A DNA stretch of 60,785 bases. Origin: a virus (taxonomy: Duplodnaviria; Caudoviricetes). Under the pieces are notes generated by a model, which had not been told where the DNA came from, made no database searches, and was given only the letters and a program-made list of their open reading frames with translations. Of this stretch, positions 28,538-37,786 are shown piece by piece. The translations under genes were made by a program, and so were the position numbers. The stretch spans positions 1-60,785 of IMG/VR virus record IMGVR_UViG_3300046725_000023; one strand, 5' to 3'. Numbering within the stretch: the stretch's first letter is position 1; each line of letters begins with the position of its first letter.

Positions 28538-30097
28538 TCAGGCTTTCCACCCGGCCCAGTACGCCGTGACCAGCGTGGTCAGCAGCGTGCCGATGGCGTC
28601 CGGCGCGGCAGCGGCCGTGGTCAGCCCACCGGCGGCCGTGGCGTACCAGAGCTGACCGCCCGCGTTGATCGCCGCGTTCGAGCTGTTGCACCGGCGGCTG
28701 ACCGTCGGCAGGGCGCCGCCGCTGGTGGTCACCCAGAACCGCGCCCGGTAGAACGCGCCCGGCGTGACCGCCTGAGCGACGGTCAGCGGCATGGTCCGCT
28801 CCCCGCCGGTCTGGAGGTTGGTGGACTGGTCCGCGCTCTTGGCACCGGCGCCCAGGATGTCCCCGGCGTCGTTGTGCAACGTCCAGTAGGCGTTCGTCAG
28901 CAGCGTGCCCGGCGACGTCACATGGATGTTCATCGCGCTGACCGTGGGCTGATCGGCCCGGAACCGGAAGATCAGCGGCGTACCGCCGGACGCGATGATC
29001 AGGCCCGCCTGGATATCGGCCGGGTCGCCCATCCAACCGGAGAACCCGTGATCCACGGCCGTGCTCGCCTGGAGCCACACCCAGGTCCCGGGCTCACCCG
29101 CCACCGTGCAGCGGAACCGGCCGACCCGGGTATCCACGATGTCGCCCACGGCCCAGATCCCCGTGGTCGGCGCGGTCGTGATGTCCAGGTACCCGGCTAT
29201 CCCCAGGTTGGTCGCCGTGTTCTTGGCGCCCAGGTAGGCGACGTGCTGACCGGCCCGGCCGTCGATGCGCTGCTGGCCACCGAACGCGTTCGGCCCGAAC
29301 TCGGTCACGCCCGCCAGGGTGTTGCCGTCCGCGCGCAACCGCCGGAGATCGGTCTGGGTGCCGGTGAACCCGGCTCCGGACCAGCGCGACTCGATGACGT
29401 CGCCGACCACCTCCCAGTCGATGGCGCCGCCGGTCGAGCGCCAGCGCGCGGCGCCGCCCGCCGAGCGCGCCACGGTGAACGTGGAGTCCGTGACGACCGG
29501 CGACATCTTGGGGAGGTAGTCCGTCAGCGACTCCGTCAGCGTTTCGTAGCTGACCAGGTTGTCGATGTCGGCCGCGACCAGGTAGTCCCCGGCCGGTTGC
29601 TTGCCGTCGAGCTGGACCTGAAGATCGTTGATGTCCTCGATCTCGTGCGTGTGGTCGCCGCTCGCGTGCGTGTGCCCGATGTCCGACTTCGTGGCCAGCC
29701 CGGCGTTGAGCTGCGCCAGGGTGGCGTACGTGACGCCCGGGACGATGACCGAGCTGGTGAGGATCAGCCGGTCCGCCAGGTTCACGGTCGTGTCGTCCAC
29801 GAACAACTGGACGGTGCCCCGGATGGGGGTCAGCCCGTTCACGGCCGCCGTGACCGAGTACGCCCAGTTCTCCGGCGTCCAGCCGTCCACCGTGACCGGG
29901 GGCAGGCGGAACGTTGCCGACCCGGTGGCCGGATCGAGCCGGACCACCTGGTCGATGACCGGGACGATCGAGTCGTCATCCGGCCCCTGGAGAGGTTGCG
30001 GGCTGGTGATGCGCACCGACCCGAACGCCGCGCCGTCCGGCGGGGTGTCGAACTGGCACACCAAGGTCACCAGCGGCAGCCCCGCCGGGAACGGCAT
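28538..30097 (-). CDS. Fibre-like virion protein in head module
   Basis: GHTHASGDHTHEIEDINDLQVQLDGKQ phage fibre repeat; beta-rich C-terminal domain. Confidence 0.65.
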   Translation of the reverse strand: MPFPAGLPLVTLVCQFDTPPDGAAFGSVRITSPQPLQGPDDDSIVPVIDQVVRLDPATGSATFRLPPVTVDGWTPENWAYSVTAAVNGLTPIRGTVQLFVDDTTVNLADRLILTSSVIVPGVTYATLAQLNAGLATKSDIGHTHASGDHTHEIEDINDLQVQLDGKQPAGDYLVAADIDNLVSYETLTESLTDYLPKMSPVVTDSTFTVARSAGGAARWRSTGGAIDWEVVGDVIESRWSGAGFTGTQTDLRRLRADGNTLAGVTEFGPNAFGGQQRIDGRAGQHVAYLGAKNTATNLGIAGYLDITTAPTTGIWAVGDIVDTRVGRFRCTVAGEPGTWVWLQASTAVDHGFSGWMGDPADIQAGLIIASGGTPLIFRFRADQPTVSAMNIHVTSPGTLLTNAYWTLHNDAGDILGAGAKSADQSTNLQTGGERTMPLTVAQAVTPGAFYRARFWVTTSGGALPTVSRRCNSSNAAINAGGQLWYATAAGGLTTAAAAPDAIGTLLTTLVTAYWAGWKA

Positions 30098-30100
30098 GGC

Positions 30101-30250
30101 TCAGCCGCCCTTGACGACGGTCGAGCCCGGGTGCCGGGCCGCGAACGACTTGGCGGCGGCCTCGCTGCTCTTGACGACCTTCAGCCCGCCGGGCAACCGC
30201 ACGGTGTAGCTCTCCCGCGCGGCCCGGCCCTTGCCACATGAGCACGCCAT
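30101..30250 (-). CDS. Small MACSC-type phage protein (49 aa)
   Basis: MACSCGKGRAARESYTVRLPGG...; GGGAGG RBS. Confidence 0.6.
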   Translation of the reverse strand: MACSCGKGRAARESYTVRLPGGLKVVKSSEAAAKSFAARHPGSTVVKGG

Positions 30251-30253
30251 CGG

Positions 30254-31654
30254 TTACGCCCCTCCCCGTTCGAGCGCGGCCACCAGTGCCGCGCGTTCCT
30301 TGTCCGCCTCCACCTTGACCACGGCGGTCAGCAACTCACGGGCGGCGGTCGCCGCCGCGCGCCGTTCGGTCACGCGCACCACGGCCGCCGCGATGGCCTC
30401 CACGTCCAGCGTGACGGGCACAGCGGTCAGCAGGGTGCCCGCGTCCGGGTCCGGCCCCAGCGCCGCCGTGAGGGCGGTCTGACGGCCGTGCACGCTGAAC
30501 GTGCCGGGGATGGGGAAGCCAGGCTCCGAATGCCCGCGCGGTCCCGGCTCCAGGGCCAGCACCTCGATCAGGCTCAGCCCGGCCGCCGTCTCGCGCCAGT
30601 CGCCGGACACCTTGCGCCGGTCGAGGGTCGCGCGCTCCGGCGCGTCGGCCGCCAGCTCGATGACGCCCGCCACCGCGATGCCGTACTGGTCCTCGTACGC
30701 CCGCACGTGCGCGGCCACCGTCTTGTCGTCGTGCACGCGCATCGCACCGTCGGCCGCCAGCTCCAGCCCGGCGTGGCGCCCGCCCACGGTGAGCCGCCCG
30801 GCCCACACGGTCCCGTCGGCGGTCTCGACCGGGTAGCGGTTGAACGCCGCGTACCCGCCGGTCTCGTCCTTGGGCGCGGTCACGCACACATCGGCGTACC
30901 CGACGTGGCACGTCTTCCAGGTCGCGATGTGGCCGTACACGGTGCCCTTGTCCCAGTCGAACGTGATCGGCGTGGGACCGGCGAACAGGGGGAGGGCGAA
31001 CGCGTCGATGTCCGGGCGCGCCGGGGCCGCCACGCTGGCGATGAGCGCCGCCGTGACTGCCAGTTCAGCGGGCTCGCCAGCGATCAACTCCAGCGGGCGC
31101 GCGGTCTCGGCGAACGCCGGGATGCTCACCAGCGTGGCCGCGCGGACCCGGCCCTGGGTCACGAGCAGCTCGATCTTCGGTTCCTCGCCGTGCTCCTGGA
31201 AATGCTCCTCGATGTCCTCCCAGGTGATGGGCTGGTCCGAGCCCTCCATCACCGGGACGGCCTCGAACGAGTCGAGGTCCACCGACGGGCCGAGCGTGCC
31301 CGCGTTCATCAGGTGCATGGCCTCCGCCACGTCCTCGGCCAGGCGCGGCGTGACCTCGCGGTCCGCGTCGTCGAACATCTCGCCCTTGGCCCAGACGCCC
31401 ATCATCTTGGCGTCCATCCCCTTGGCCGCCTCCGGGCTCACCCACTCCCCGGCCAGGGCGTCCTTGACGGAGAGCACGGCGGCCTCCGTGACAACGCCGA
31501 TGCCCACGGCACCGTCGTGGCCGCCCTCGCGCACGCGGACCCACTCGAACGGCATCGGCGTAGCGTCCAGCTCGATGCCGCCGTCCTGGAACCGTCGGCC
31601 GTCCCCGGTGCTCAGGCCGATCGGTGCGAGCATGGTGCGGAACTTCGTACCCAT
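30254..31654 (-). CDS. Capsid maturation protease-like protein
   Basis: TGDGRRF...GHDGAVGIG...GPSVDLD...AATLVSIPAFAE; VYGHIATWKTCH; VSGDWR. Confidence 0.75.
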   Translation of the reverse strand: MGTKFRTMLAPIGLSTGDGRRFQDGGIELDATPMPFEWVRVREGGHDGAVGIGVVTEAAVLSVKDALAGEWVSPEAAKGMDAKMMGVWAKGEMFDDADREVTPRLAEDVAEAMHLMNAGTLGPSVDLDSFEAVPVMEGSDQPITWEDIEEHFQEHGEEPKIELLVTQGRVRAATLVSIPAFAETARPLELIAGEPAELAVTAALIASVAAPARPDIDAFALPLFAGPTPITFDWDKGTVYGHIATWKTCHVGYADVCVTAPKDETGGYAAFNRYPVETADGTVWAGRLTVGGRHAGLELAADGAMRVHDDKTVAAHVRAYEDQYGIAVAGVIELAADAPERATLDRRKVSGDWRETAAGLSLIEVLALEPGPRGHSEPGFPIPGTFSVHGRQTALTAALGPDPDAGTLLTAVPVTLDVEAIAAAVVRVTERRAAATAARELLTAVVKVEADKERAALVAALERGGA

Positions 31655-31700
31655 GGCTTCCTCCTCCGTGCTCAGGCTACCGGCTCGGCCGGGTTGGTGG

Positions 31701-31730
31701 TTGACACTTCACAGTCAAGCCTGGTACGTT
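31701..31730 (+). promoter_or_regulatory. Promoter with palindromic site, leaderless into ATG 31737
   Basis: TTGACA-18bp-TACGTT. Confidence 0.75.
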
Positions 31731-31736
31731 GTTGAC

Positions 31737-31976
31737 ATGACGAACAAGAGCGACTTCCGGTACCTCTGCCCCAGCTCCCAGGCCGAGATCATCGCCGCAG
31801 ACCACGCGGAGGCCCTGATGATGGACACGGCGCGCGGCATGCGGATCGTTGCGGTCACGGTCACCGGATACGCGATCACCCGCGACATGCTGGACACCGA
31901 GATCCGCTCGACCCGCGCGCCGCGCCCGGCCACCTCTCACGGGTACTTCCCCCGCAGCGTGACCGAGCTGGTCTGA
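31737..31976 (+). CDS. Hypothetical protein (79 aa)
   Basis: MTNKSDFRY...; leaderless start. Confidence 0.65.
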   Translation: MTNKSDFRYLCPSSQAEIIAADHAEALMMDTARGMRIVAVTVTGYAITRDMLDTEIRSTRAPRPATSHGYFPRSVTELV

Positions 31977-31979
31977 CCG

Positions 31980-32222
31980 ATGATCACCTACGACTTCCGG
32001 ATCGTGCTCCACTCGACGGGGTACGGTCCGGACGAACAGCCCCAGGAAGTGGTCTACGGGGTTCGCAAGCACACCGGGACCGCGACCACCGCAATGGCCG
32101 CCGCGCGTCGGACGCGTACCCGGGCGGACGCAGCGCGTATCGAACGGGTGGCGGTCCACGGCGGTCCGACCTTCCAGTCCCACGAGATCCAGGCATTCAC
32201 GATCGGCCTCGGCCGCCCCTGA
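31980..32222 (+). CDS. Hypothetical protein (80 aa)
   Basis: Fills the gap after 31737 gene. Confidence 0.55.
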   Translation: MITYDFRIVLHSTGYGPDEQPQEVVYGVRKHTGTATTAMAAARRTRTRADAARIERVAVHGGPTFQSHEIQAFTIGLGRP

Positions 32223-32239
32223 CCGGAGCGCGGCGCGGC

Positions 32240-33064
32240 TCACCGGCCGCGCCGCATCTGCCGGTTGCTCATGTCCACGTCCTCGCCGTGCTCTACCAGC
32301 AGCAATGTGCACCGGCACTGGATCACTTCCTGGGGAGGGCCGGACGGGTCGCCCGGGAACGCCAGCTCGAACCCGCCCACGATGAACGTGGAGTCCAGCG
32401 GCACGCGCTGGCCGTCGGCCGCCTCGTGCGTCTCGCGGGTGCGCGCGTCGTCGGTCGCCAGCCACAGCTTCTCGAACTGGACGTCCGGCTCCGCCTCCGC
32501 GATGGCCCGGAACGCCTCCGTGCGCCCCGCGTTCAGCGCGCCGATGGCCTCCGTGCGGGCGGCCACCGTGGCGCGGTTGGCCCATCGCTCACTGCCCGTC
32601 GTTGACAGTGTCCTGTCAACCCGCTCGGCCAGCTTGGGGATGCCCTCGCCCAGGTTGACGCCACTCGCCATCTGCCCGGCCACCAGGTCGTAGACCTCAT
32701 CGGGCAGGCGCACCATGCGGTTGCGCACCTCGGCCAGGTACTGGACCGCGAACGGCCGCTGGTCCCACCGGGAGTCGGCGCCCAGCAGGCGCTCGAACGC
32801 CAGGCCCATGGCCTTCCAGATCTCGCCGTGGAGGATCAGCTCCACGGCCTCGCGCCACGCGGGCGCACGCGCCCAGATCGCATCGAGGTCCGGCGGGTCG
32901 TCGCCGCGCAGCACCCGGCGCGACGTCTGGACCAGCCAGTCCGAGAGCGCCGCCCAGATCGCCGACCGGAGATCACGCTCCACCTTGACGATCTCCAGGC
33001 GCGCATCGAGGCGCTGGGGTAGCCACGGGTCGGTGCCCTTGCCGTCCCACGCCGGGTCAGCCAC
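32240..33064 (-). CDS. MuF-like minor head protein
   Basis: ARTEAIGALN, KLWLATDDARTRETH, FPGDPSGPPQEVIQCRC. Confidence 0.85.
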   Translation of the reverse strand: MADPAWDGKGTDPWLPQRLDARLEIVKVERDLRSAIWAALSDWLVQTSRRVLRGDDPPDLDAIWARAPAWREAVELILHGEIWKAMGLAFERLLGADSRWDQRPFAVQYLAEVRNRMVRLPDEVYDLVAGQMASGVNLGEGIPKLAERVDRTLSTTGSERWANRATVAARTEAIGALNAGRTEAFRAIAEAEPDVQFEKLWLATDDARTRETHEAADGQRVPLDSTFIVGGFELAFPGDPSGPPQEVIQCRCTLLLVEHGEDVDMSNRQMRRGR

Positions 33065-33422
33065 GGGGCACCTCCGGGTGGGTCACATAGTGCGGCCCAT
33101 TGACCTCGCAATCAGCCGGTTCGCACGGCTGACCATCGGCGGTCTGGCAGGTCTGAGGGATGGAAGCGTCGCGCTCCGCCTGGAGATCGTCCGGGCGCGG
33201 TTGGTTCTCGGGCATCAGCTTCCACGCAGACGGGACGATCCCGGCCTGCCCGGCGCGCTTCATGAAGCACACCGGGCATGTGATTCCCCCCGGATCACAC
33301 TGCGTGTCCGGTCCACCCATGACCAGGTTCCACAGAACAGAGTCCGTGAACCATACGGGGTTGGACTGGCCACAGTCCCCGCACACGGTGTCACCGTGGG
33401 TATCGAACGCTTGCCGGGTCAC
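33057..33422 (-). CDS. Cys-rich hypothetical protein between portal and MuF
   Basis: CGDC...WNLVM...CPVC; GTGA coupling. Confidence 0.55.
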   Translation of the reverse strand: MTRQAFDTHGDTVCGDCGQSNPVWFTDSVLWNLVMGGPDTQCDPGGITCPVCFMKRAGQAGIVPSAWKLMPENQPRPDDLQAERDASIPQTCQTADGQPCEPADCEVNGPHYVTHPEVPRG

Positions 33423-35359
33423 GCGGCCACCAGCCCTCGGCCCTGATTGGCGATCTTCAGCGCCGCGAACAGGAGATCGTCGTGGTGGCGCACGCCGCGC
33501 GTGAGCAGCTCGGCCACGTAGCCGGAGAGCAGCGCGCCCAGGGCGCTCTCGTCCACGCCCAGGTCGCTCGCCACCACCCCGATGTGGTTCCAGGCGCCCT
33601 CGGTCACCTTGGCCGCCTTGTCGGCCGTGATCGGTCCGACCCAATGGTGGAGTTCGTGGCGCGGCACCCCGGACCACCGGCCGTGCCGTTCCTGCGGCGT
33701 GGTCAGCCGCCCGCCCGCCAGCTCCAGGGCGCGCAACACGGTCAGCTTGGCCGCCGCGTTGAACACGCGCTCCGGGGAAGGCAAGGGCGCGGCCACCGTG
33801 CTGAGCGCGATCCGCCGGTCTAGCGCGGCCGTGATGGCGCGCGCCTTGTCGGCGTCCTCGTCGGGCACGTCCTCGGCCTCGCCATCGTTGGGGGGACCGT
33901 CGGCAGGCTCTCCCCCCGCCGGGTCGCCGTCCGCGTTCTGGTCGGCCGTGGCGGGCAGGCCCACGGACTTCACGGCGGGCAGTCCGAGCAACTGCTGGAC
34001 CGCCGGGTCCAGGATCAGATCGGGCTGGGTCTGGACCAGCGCGAGCAGGATCTGGGTCGCGCGCTCGGGCACCGAGGGCATCTGTTCCTCATCGAACGCG
34101 CCCGCCTTGACGGTCTCCACGTCGCTGAGCATGAACAGACCGCGCAGCTTCAGCGCGTCGTCCAGGCGGTTGGGCCGCGCCGCCAGGCGGCTGGTGTCGA
34201 ACGTGAAGGCGAACCGCTCGGGGTTGGCCACGTTCATCGACGTCAGGGCGAGCTGGAGGAAGCCCCGCGTGAGGGCGTCCGCCACCAGCCCGAGGTAACC
34301 CTTGATCCAGCGGATGCCCTCCTCGCTGATCAGCCAGGCGGTCCAGTGATTGGCGTCCGCGATGCCGGTCAGCACCTCGGCCGGGATCTCGGCCGACGAG
34401 GCCAGGCGCGTGATGGCCTTGTCCTTCATCGGCGTGATCTCGGCGGACAGCTCGGACCAGAAATTCAGCGGCTTGATCTTGTCGAGGTGCTCCATCATCG
34501 CGTCCGGCACGGTGGCGACGATCGGCACCATGCTGTTCGCCGTGCCCTGATCCTTCATCGAGGCACCGGCGGCGCGCGTCATGTAGGCCATGAACCCGGC
34601 GATCCCGGCCGGGTCCGTGTCCTCGCGGGGGAAGTCGATGCCCTCGGGCAGGAACATGATCCCGGCGCCGGTGAGCCGGGAGTCCAGCTCGGCGAACTCG
34701 CGCTTGGTCAGTAGCTCGATCTCGCGCAACGGCACGATGGCCGAGCGGGTGAACGAGTCGGCCTGGTCCGTGTCGTTCGGGTGCGGGCGCCAGCACCGGA
34801 TGAGGATGTCCTTGCCGTCCTCCAGCTCCAGCTTGCTACCGCCCTTGATCTGGGGCCGCTTCACGCTGACTTTGTCGCCCAGGCGGCTGAACGCTGCGCC
34901 GGTCACGACGAACCAGGAACCCTCGGCGCGCTCGGGGGAGGTAGCCGCGCCCTCGCCCACGATCCAGCACTCGCCGCCCACGGCCAGGTCGATGCCCGCC
35001 AGCCGGAGGTTGTCGTCGCGCTGTGAGCCGGTGCCGAGCGGCACGGCCGCCAGGCGCTGGATCGCCGCGTCCTGGACCTCGCCGGTCTCTTCGCCGGTCT
35101 CGTCCACCTCGGTCACGTACAGGCGCGCCTGTGCGATCGAGTCGCCGATGCGCCCGGCCAGCTTGTGCAGCTCGGGGACGATGTCGTACAGCCGCCAGCC
35201 CTCGGTCTGCCAGTCGCGGTTCCCGAACTTCCAGGTCTTCCAGGACCCGGCGCCGGTCAGGTCCACGATGGCGGTCGCGGCGGACAGCGACGCCGGGACG
35301 CGACGTAGGCCCAGCGGGTCGGGTGCGCGCTCGACGGCGCGTGGGCGGCGGAGGGCCAC
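33419..35359 (-). CDS. Portal protein
   Basis: WQTEGWRLYDIVPEL, IRCWRPHP...ADS, SRLTGAGI, ANHWTAWLISEE. Confidence 0.85.
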   Translation of the reverse strand: MALRRPRAVERAPDPLGLRRVPASLSAATAIVDLTGAGSWKTWKFGNRDWQTEGWRLYDIVPELHKLAGRIGDSIAQARLYVTEVDETGEETGEVQDAAIQRLAAVPLGTGSQRDDNLRLAGIDLAVGGECWIVGEGAATSPERAEGSWFVVTGAAFSRLGDKVSVKRPQIKGGSKLELEDGKDILIRCWRPHPNDTDQADSFTRSAIVPLREIELLTKREFAELDSRLTGAGIMFLPEGIDFPREDTDPAGIAGFMAYMTRAAGASMKDQGTANSMVPIVATVPDAMMEHLDKIKPLNFWSELSAEITPMKDKAITRLASSAEIPAEVLTGIADANHWTAWLISEEGIRWIKGYLGLVADALTRGFLQLALTSMNVANPERFAFTFDTSRLAARPNRLDDALKLRGLFMLSDVETVKAGAFDEEQMPSVPERATQILLALVQTQPDLILDPAVQQLLGLPAVKSVGLPATADQNADGDPAGGEPADGPPNDGEAEDVPDEDADKARAITAALDRRIALSTVAAPLPSPERVFNAAAKLTVLRALELAGGRLTTPQERHGRWSGVPRHELHHWVGPITADKAAKVTEGAWNHIGVVASDLGVDESALGALLSGYVAELLTRGVRHHDDLLFAALKIANQGRGLVAA

Positions 35360-35362
35360 GGG

Positions 35363-35668
35363 TTACCTCCCCAGGTTGTGGATGGCGCCAGTCACCTGGC
35401 TGAAGGCCATTGCCATGGCCGGTATCAGCATGACCGGGTGGTCCCCCCAGAACCAGACAAGGGGAGCGGCGACGCCACCGACCCACACGCTGGCGCACCA
35501 CGGACAGTCGAGCACGGCGGCCACGAATGCCCCGGCCGTGTTCGGCCGGTCGTCCAGCCAGGCGATGAGCCGGTCTCTCGGGCCTTCCGTGATGGCGTCC
35601 TGGACCAGCAGTCCGGTCACGCGCGCCACGGCCAGGGCGTACACCACGAGCAGCACCGGAGCAATCAT
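35363..35668 (-). CDS. DUF1360-like membrane protein
   Basis: LAVARVTGLLVQDAI...CPWCASVWV; TAGGAT-7nt-ATG. Confidence 0.75.
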   Translation of the reverse strand: MIAPVLLVVYALAVARVTGLLVQDAITEGPRDRLIAWLDDRPNTAGAFVAAVLDCPWCASVWVGGVAAPLVWFWGDHPVMLIPAMAMAFSQVTGAIHNLGR

Positions 35669-35767
35669 GTCCGCCATCCTACGGTGCGGGCGGACATCCC
35701 GGCTGGGATGTCCACCTTGGAACTTCGCAGTCATGAGGTTAGAGGGTCTAACAGAAGTTACAAGGGG

Positions 35768-36199
35768 TCACAGTTCGTCGGCGCTGGCCCACAAGTCCTC
35801 GGCGGCCGGAGCGGGCCGAGCCACCGGCGGAGCGGGCCGGACCACCGGAACGAACGGGCGGTCCACCGGCGGAGCGGGCCGGGTAACCGGCGGGGAAGTG
35901 ATCGACTCCGGGTCCACGAACCAGTCCCGCCCGGCCACCGCATCGGGCGTCACCCGGAACTGGACCACGTTGCCCTTGCTCCGGCGCTTGTCCAGCATCA
36001 TGACCCGGCTGATCGTCTCGCCCAGGGTCTTGATCGTGACCGGCGTTCGGCCCTTTCTCTCTGCCCAAACCAGGTACCTCGGGTGGAGGTCACGCGACCG
36101 GTACCAGCCCGGCGCCAGCCCGGTCAGCAGCTCGATCAGGTCCTCTCGCGTGGGCGGGTCGGCAATCTGGGTGGGTGGGACGTAGGGGAGGTCATCCAT
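35768..36199 (-). CDS. Hypothetical protein, possible winged helix
   Basis: SRDLHPRYLVWAERKG...TLGETI; leaderless TACGGT-7nt-ATG. Confidence 0.55.
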   Translation of the reverse strand: MDDLPYVPPTQIADPPTREDLIELLTGLAPGWYRSRDLHPRYLVWAERKGRTPVTIKTLGETISRVMMLDKRRSKGNVVQFRVTPDAVAGRDWFVDPESITSPPVTRPAPPVDRPFVPVVRPAPPVARPAPAAEDLWASADEL

Positions 36200-36275
36200 A
36201 CCCGGGACCGTACCACACGTCCACCCCGGCCCCTACGTTCCTTGCGCGCGGGCGCGTGCGCGCGTCACTGGAACG

Positions 36276-36407
36276 CCGTGGGGACTAGGGGACCGGGGAG
36301 ACCACCCCTCCCTACGCACAAGGAATTTTTTTCTTTGATGTGGGGCGCCGCGATATATAGAGGACTAGGGGACCGGGGTGGTCTCCCCGGTCCCCTAGTC
36401 CCCACGG
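36276..36407. repeat. Inverted-repeat-flanked AT-rich element, copy B (origin-like)
   Basis: Perfect 33-bp arms 36276-36308 and 36375-36407 around TTTTTTCTTTGATGTGG at 36327-36343. Confidence 0.75.
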
Positions 36408-36626
36408 TCAATCGTCCCGTACGTCCGACCCAAAGTCAGGGTCGTAGTGCTGCCGGTACGACCGGTCCAGCTCGGTCCGCCACCCCTGGAGGTTCTGGAC
36501 GGGCTGTACGCGCTCGATGCGCCGCCCGCACCACGGGCACCGGCCCTGTACGTCCGTGCGCCCATGACCCGTGACCGACTCCGGGCATTCGTTCCAGACC
36601 CGCTGACTACCGCCCTCGTCGCTCAT
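36408..36626 (-). CDS. Hypothetical protein
   Basis: CPWC; chain of overlapping small ORFs. Confidence 0.5.
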   Translation of the reverse strand: MSDEGGSQRVWNECPESVTGHGRTDVQGRCPWCGRRIERVQPVQNLQGWRTELDRSYRQHYDPDFGSDVRDD

Positions 36627-36840
36627 CGCGCGCCCTCTCCGAGCGCCCCGGCTCGCGCTGGTCCTGATCCGCCGTGCACCAGAACGTCCCGAGCGAATCC
36701 GACTCGTGCAGGTGCGCCGGGTGCTCGGCGCGGTCGCCGCACAGTCCGTCCGGCTCCGCCCCGGTGCCGACCCCGGCCGCGTCCAGCGCCTCCAGCAGCA
36801 CGCCGGGCGACACGTACCAGGCCGTGCCCTTCTGGATCAT
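36607..36840 (-). CDS. Hypothetical protein
   Basis: MIQKGTAW...; ATGA coupling. Confidence 0.5.
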   Translation of the reverse strand: MIQKGTAWYVSPGVLLEALDAAGVGTGAEPDGLCGDRAEHPAHLHESDSLGTFWCTADQDQREPGRSERARDERRGR

Positions 36841-37154
36841 GTCGTCGCCCCGGGGTGTGTGTCCGGCGGGTAGCCGCACCGGATGCGCATCGTGACCACG
36901 CCGACCTCGGGCGACCCGCTGAACGTCGGCCCCTGCCAGGCCCGGCAGTACGGCCCATCGCCCTCGAACGGGTGGTCCCGCATCGCCTGCTGACGGATGC
37001 GCTCCGCCCGCTGTGCCGCCTCCAGCCGCTCCGCCGGGCTACTGCCCATGACCGGGTGCCCGCCGGGCGTCAGCTCCCGCACGTGCCAGCCCACCGGGTC
37101 GCCCGGCTCCGCCCGGATCGAGTCGTACGGGCTCGGCCAGTTGTTCCGGTCCAT
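36837..37154 (-). CDS. Hypothetical protein
   Basis: GAGGGG RBS, TGATG coupling. Confidence 0.5.
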   Translation of the reverse strand: MDRNNWPSPYDSIRAEPGDPVGWHVRELTPGGHPVMGSSPAERLEAAQRAERIRQQAMRDHPFEGDGPYCRAWQGPTFSGSPEVGVVTMRIRCGYPPDTHPGATT

Positions 37155-37426
37155 CACTTCCCCCTCGCGCTCATGCATCCGTCACAGATCGGCCGGGCGG
37201 CCGGTCCGGCCCCGTCCATCCCCACGGTCTCGGCGGTCAGCAGTCGCCCGCACCGGTAGCACCGGCAGGCCATCGCCGCGCCCTCGGTACCGAGGTCCAC
37301 CTCCACGGGCAGAGAGCCCGAGTGACTCCAGGCCAGGACGATCAGGTCCTTGTCCGCCCGGTACCGCTCGACCAGCGCGTCCGCCCAGGTCAGGGGAGCG
37401 ACGCCCGGTCCCCCCGCCGTGATCAC
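37154..37426 (-). CDS. Degenerate HNH-like zinc protein
   Basis: CRCYRCGRLLTAETVGMD...ARPICDGC with no HNH loop. Confidence 0.45.
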   Translation of the reverse strand: MITAGGPGVAPLTWADALVERYRADKDLIVLAWSHSGSLPVEVDLGTEGAAMACRCYRCGRLLTAETVGMDGAGPAARPICDGCMSARGK

Positions 37427-37656
37427 TGGGTGTCCAGGTGGCGGGGCGTGTTCTTGGCTGTGGTCCGGTTCTTGCCTCGCGGCGTGCCGTTCATCCGCCC
37501 CGCGTGCCAGTGCCCGCAGACGTTGCACCAGTACGTGTTCGAGCTGGCCGCCCGCCAGACGCCCGCCTTGATCAGGCTGGCCCGTTGCCTCTCGGCCAGT
37601 TCTTGTGTCAGGTGCTGGCGCTTGCGCGCGCACTTGGCCAGGTATCCGACTGCCAT
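37423..37656 (-). CDS. Hypothetical zinc-binding protein
   Basis: YWCNVCGHWHAG; AAGG RBS; promoter 37706-37734 (TTGAAC-17-TACGTT). Confidence 0.65.
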   Translation of the reverse strand: MAVGYLAKCARKRQHLTQELAERQRASLIKAGVWRAASSNTYWCNVCGHWHAGRMNGTPRGKNRTTAKNTPRHLDTQ

Positions 37657-37786
37657 GATCGTGTGCCTTTCTCCAGGTGAGGGGACCTTCTTCCCCGCTC
37701 CCCCCAACGTACCAGGTGTGCCTGTGAAGTTCAACCCGAGAGTGGCGCGGCCCAGCGCGGACCGCGCCACTCGTGACAGTGCATTG

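Noticed and set aside
37154-37426. Active HNH homing endonuclease
   Set aside because: Zn-binding Cys are retained but catalytic His/Asn residues are absent
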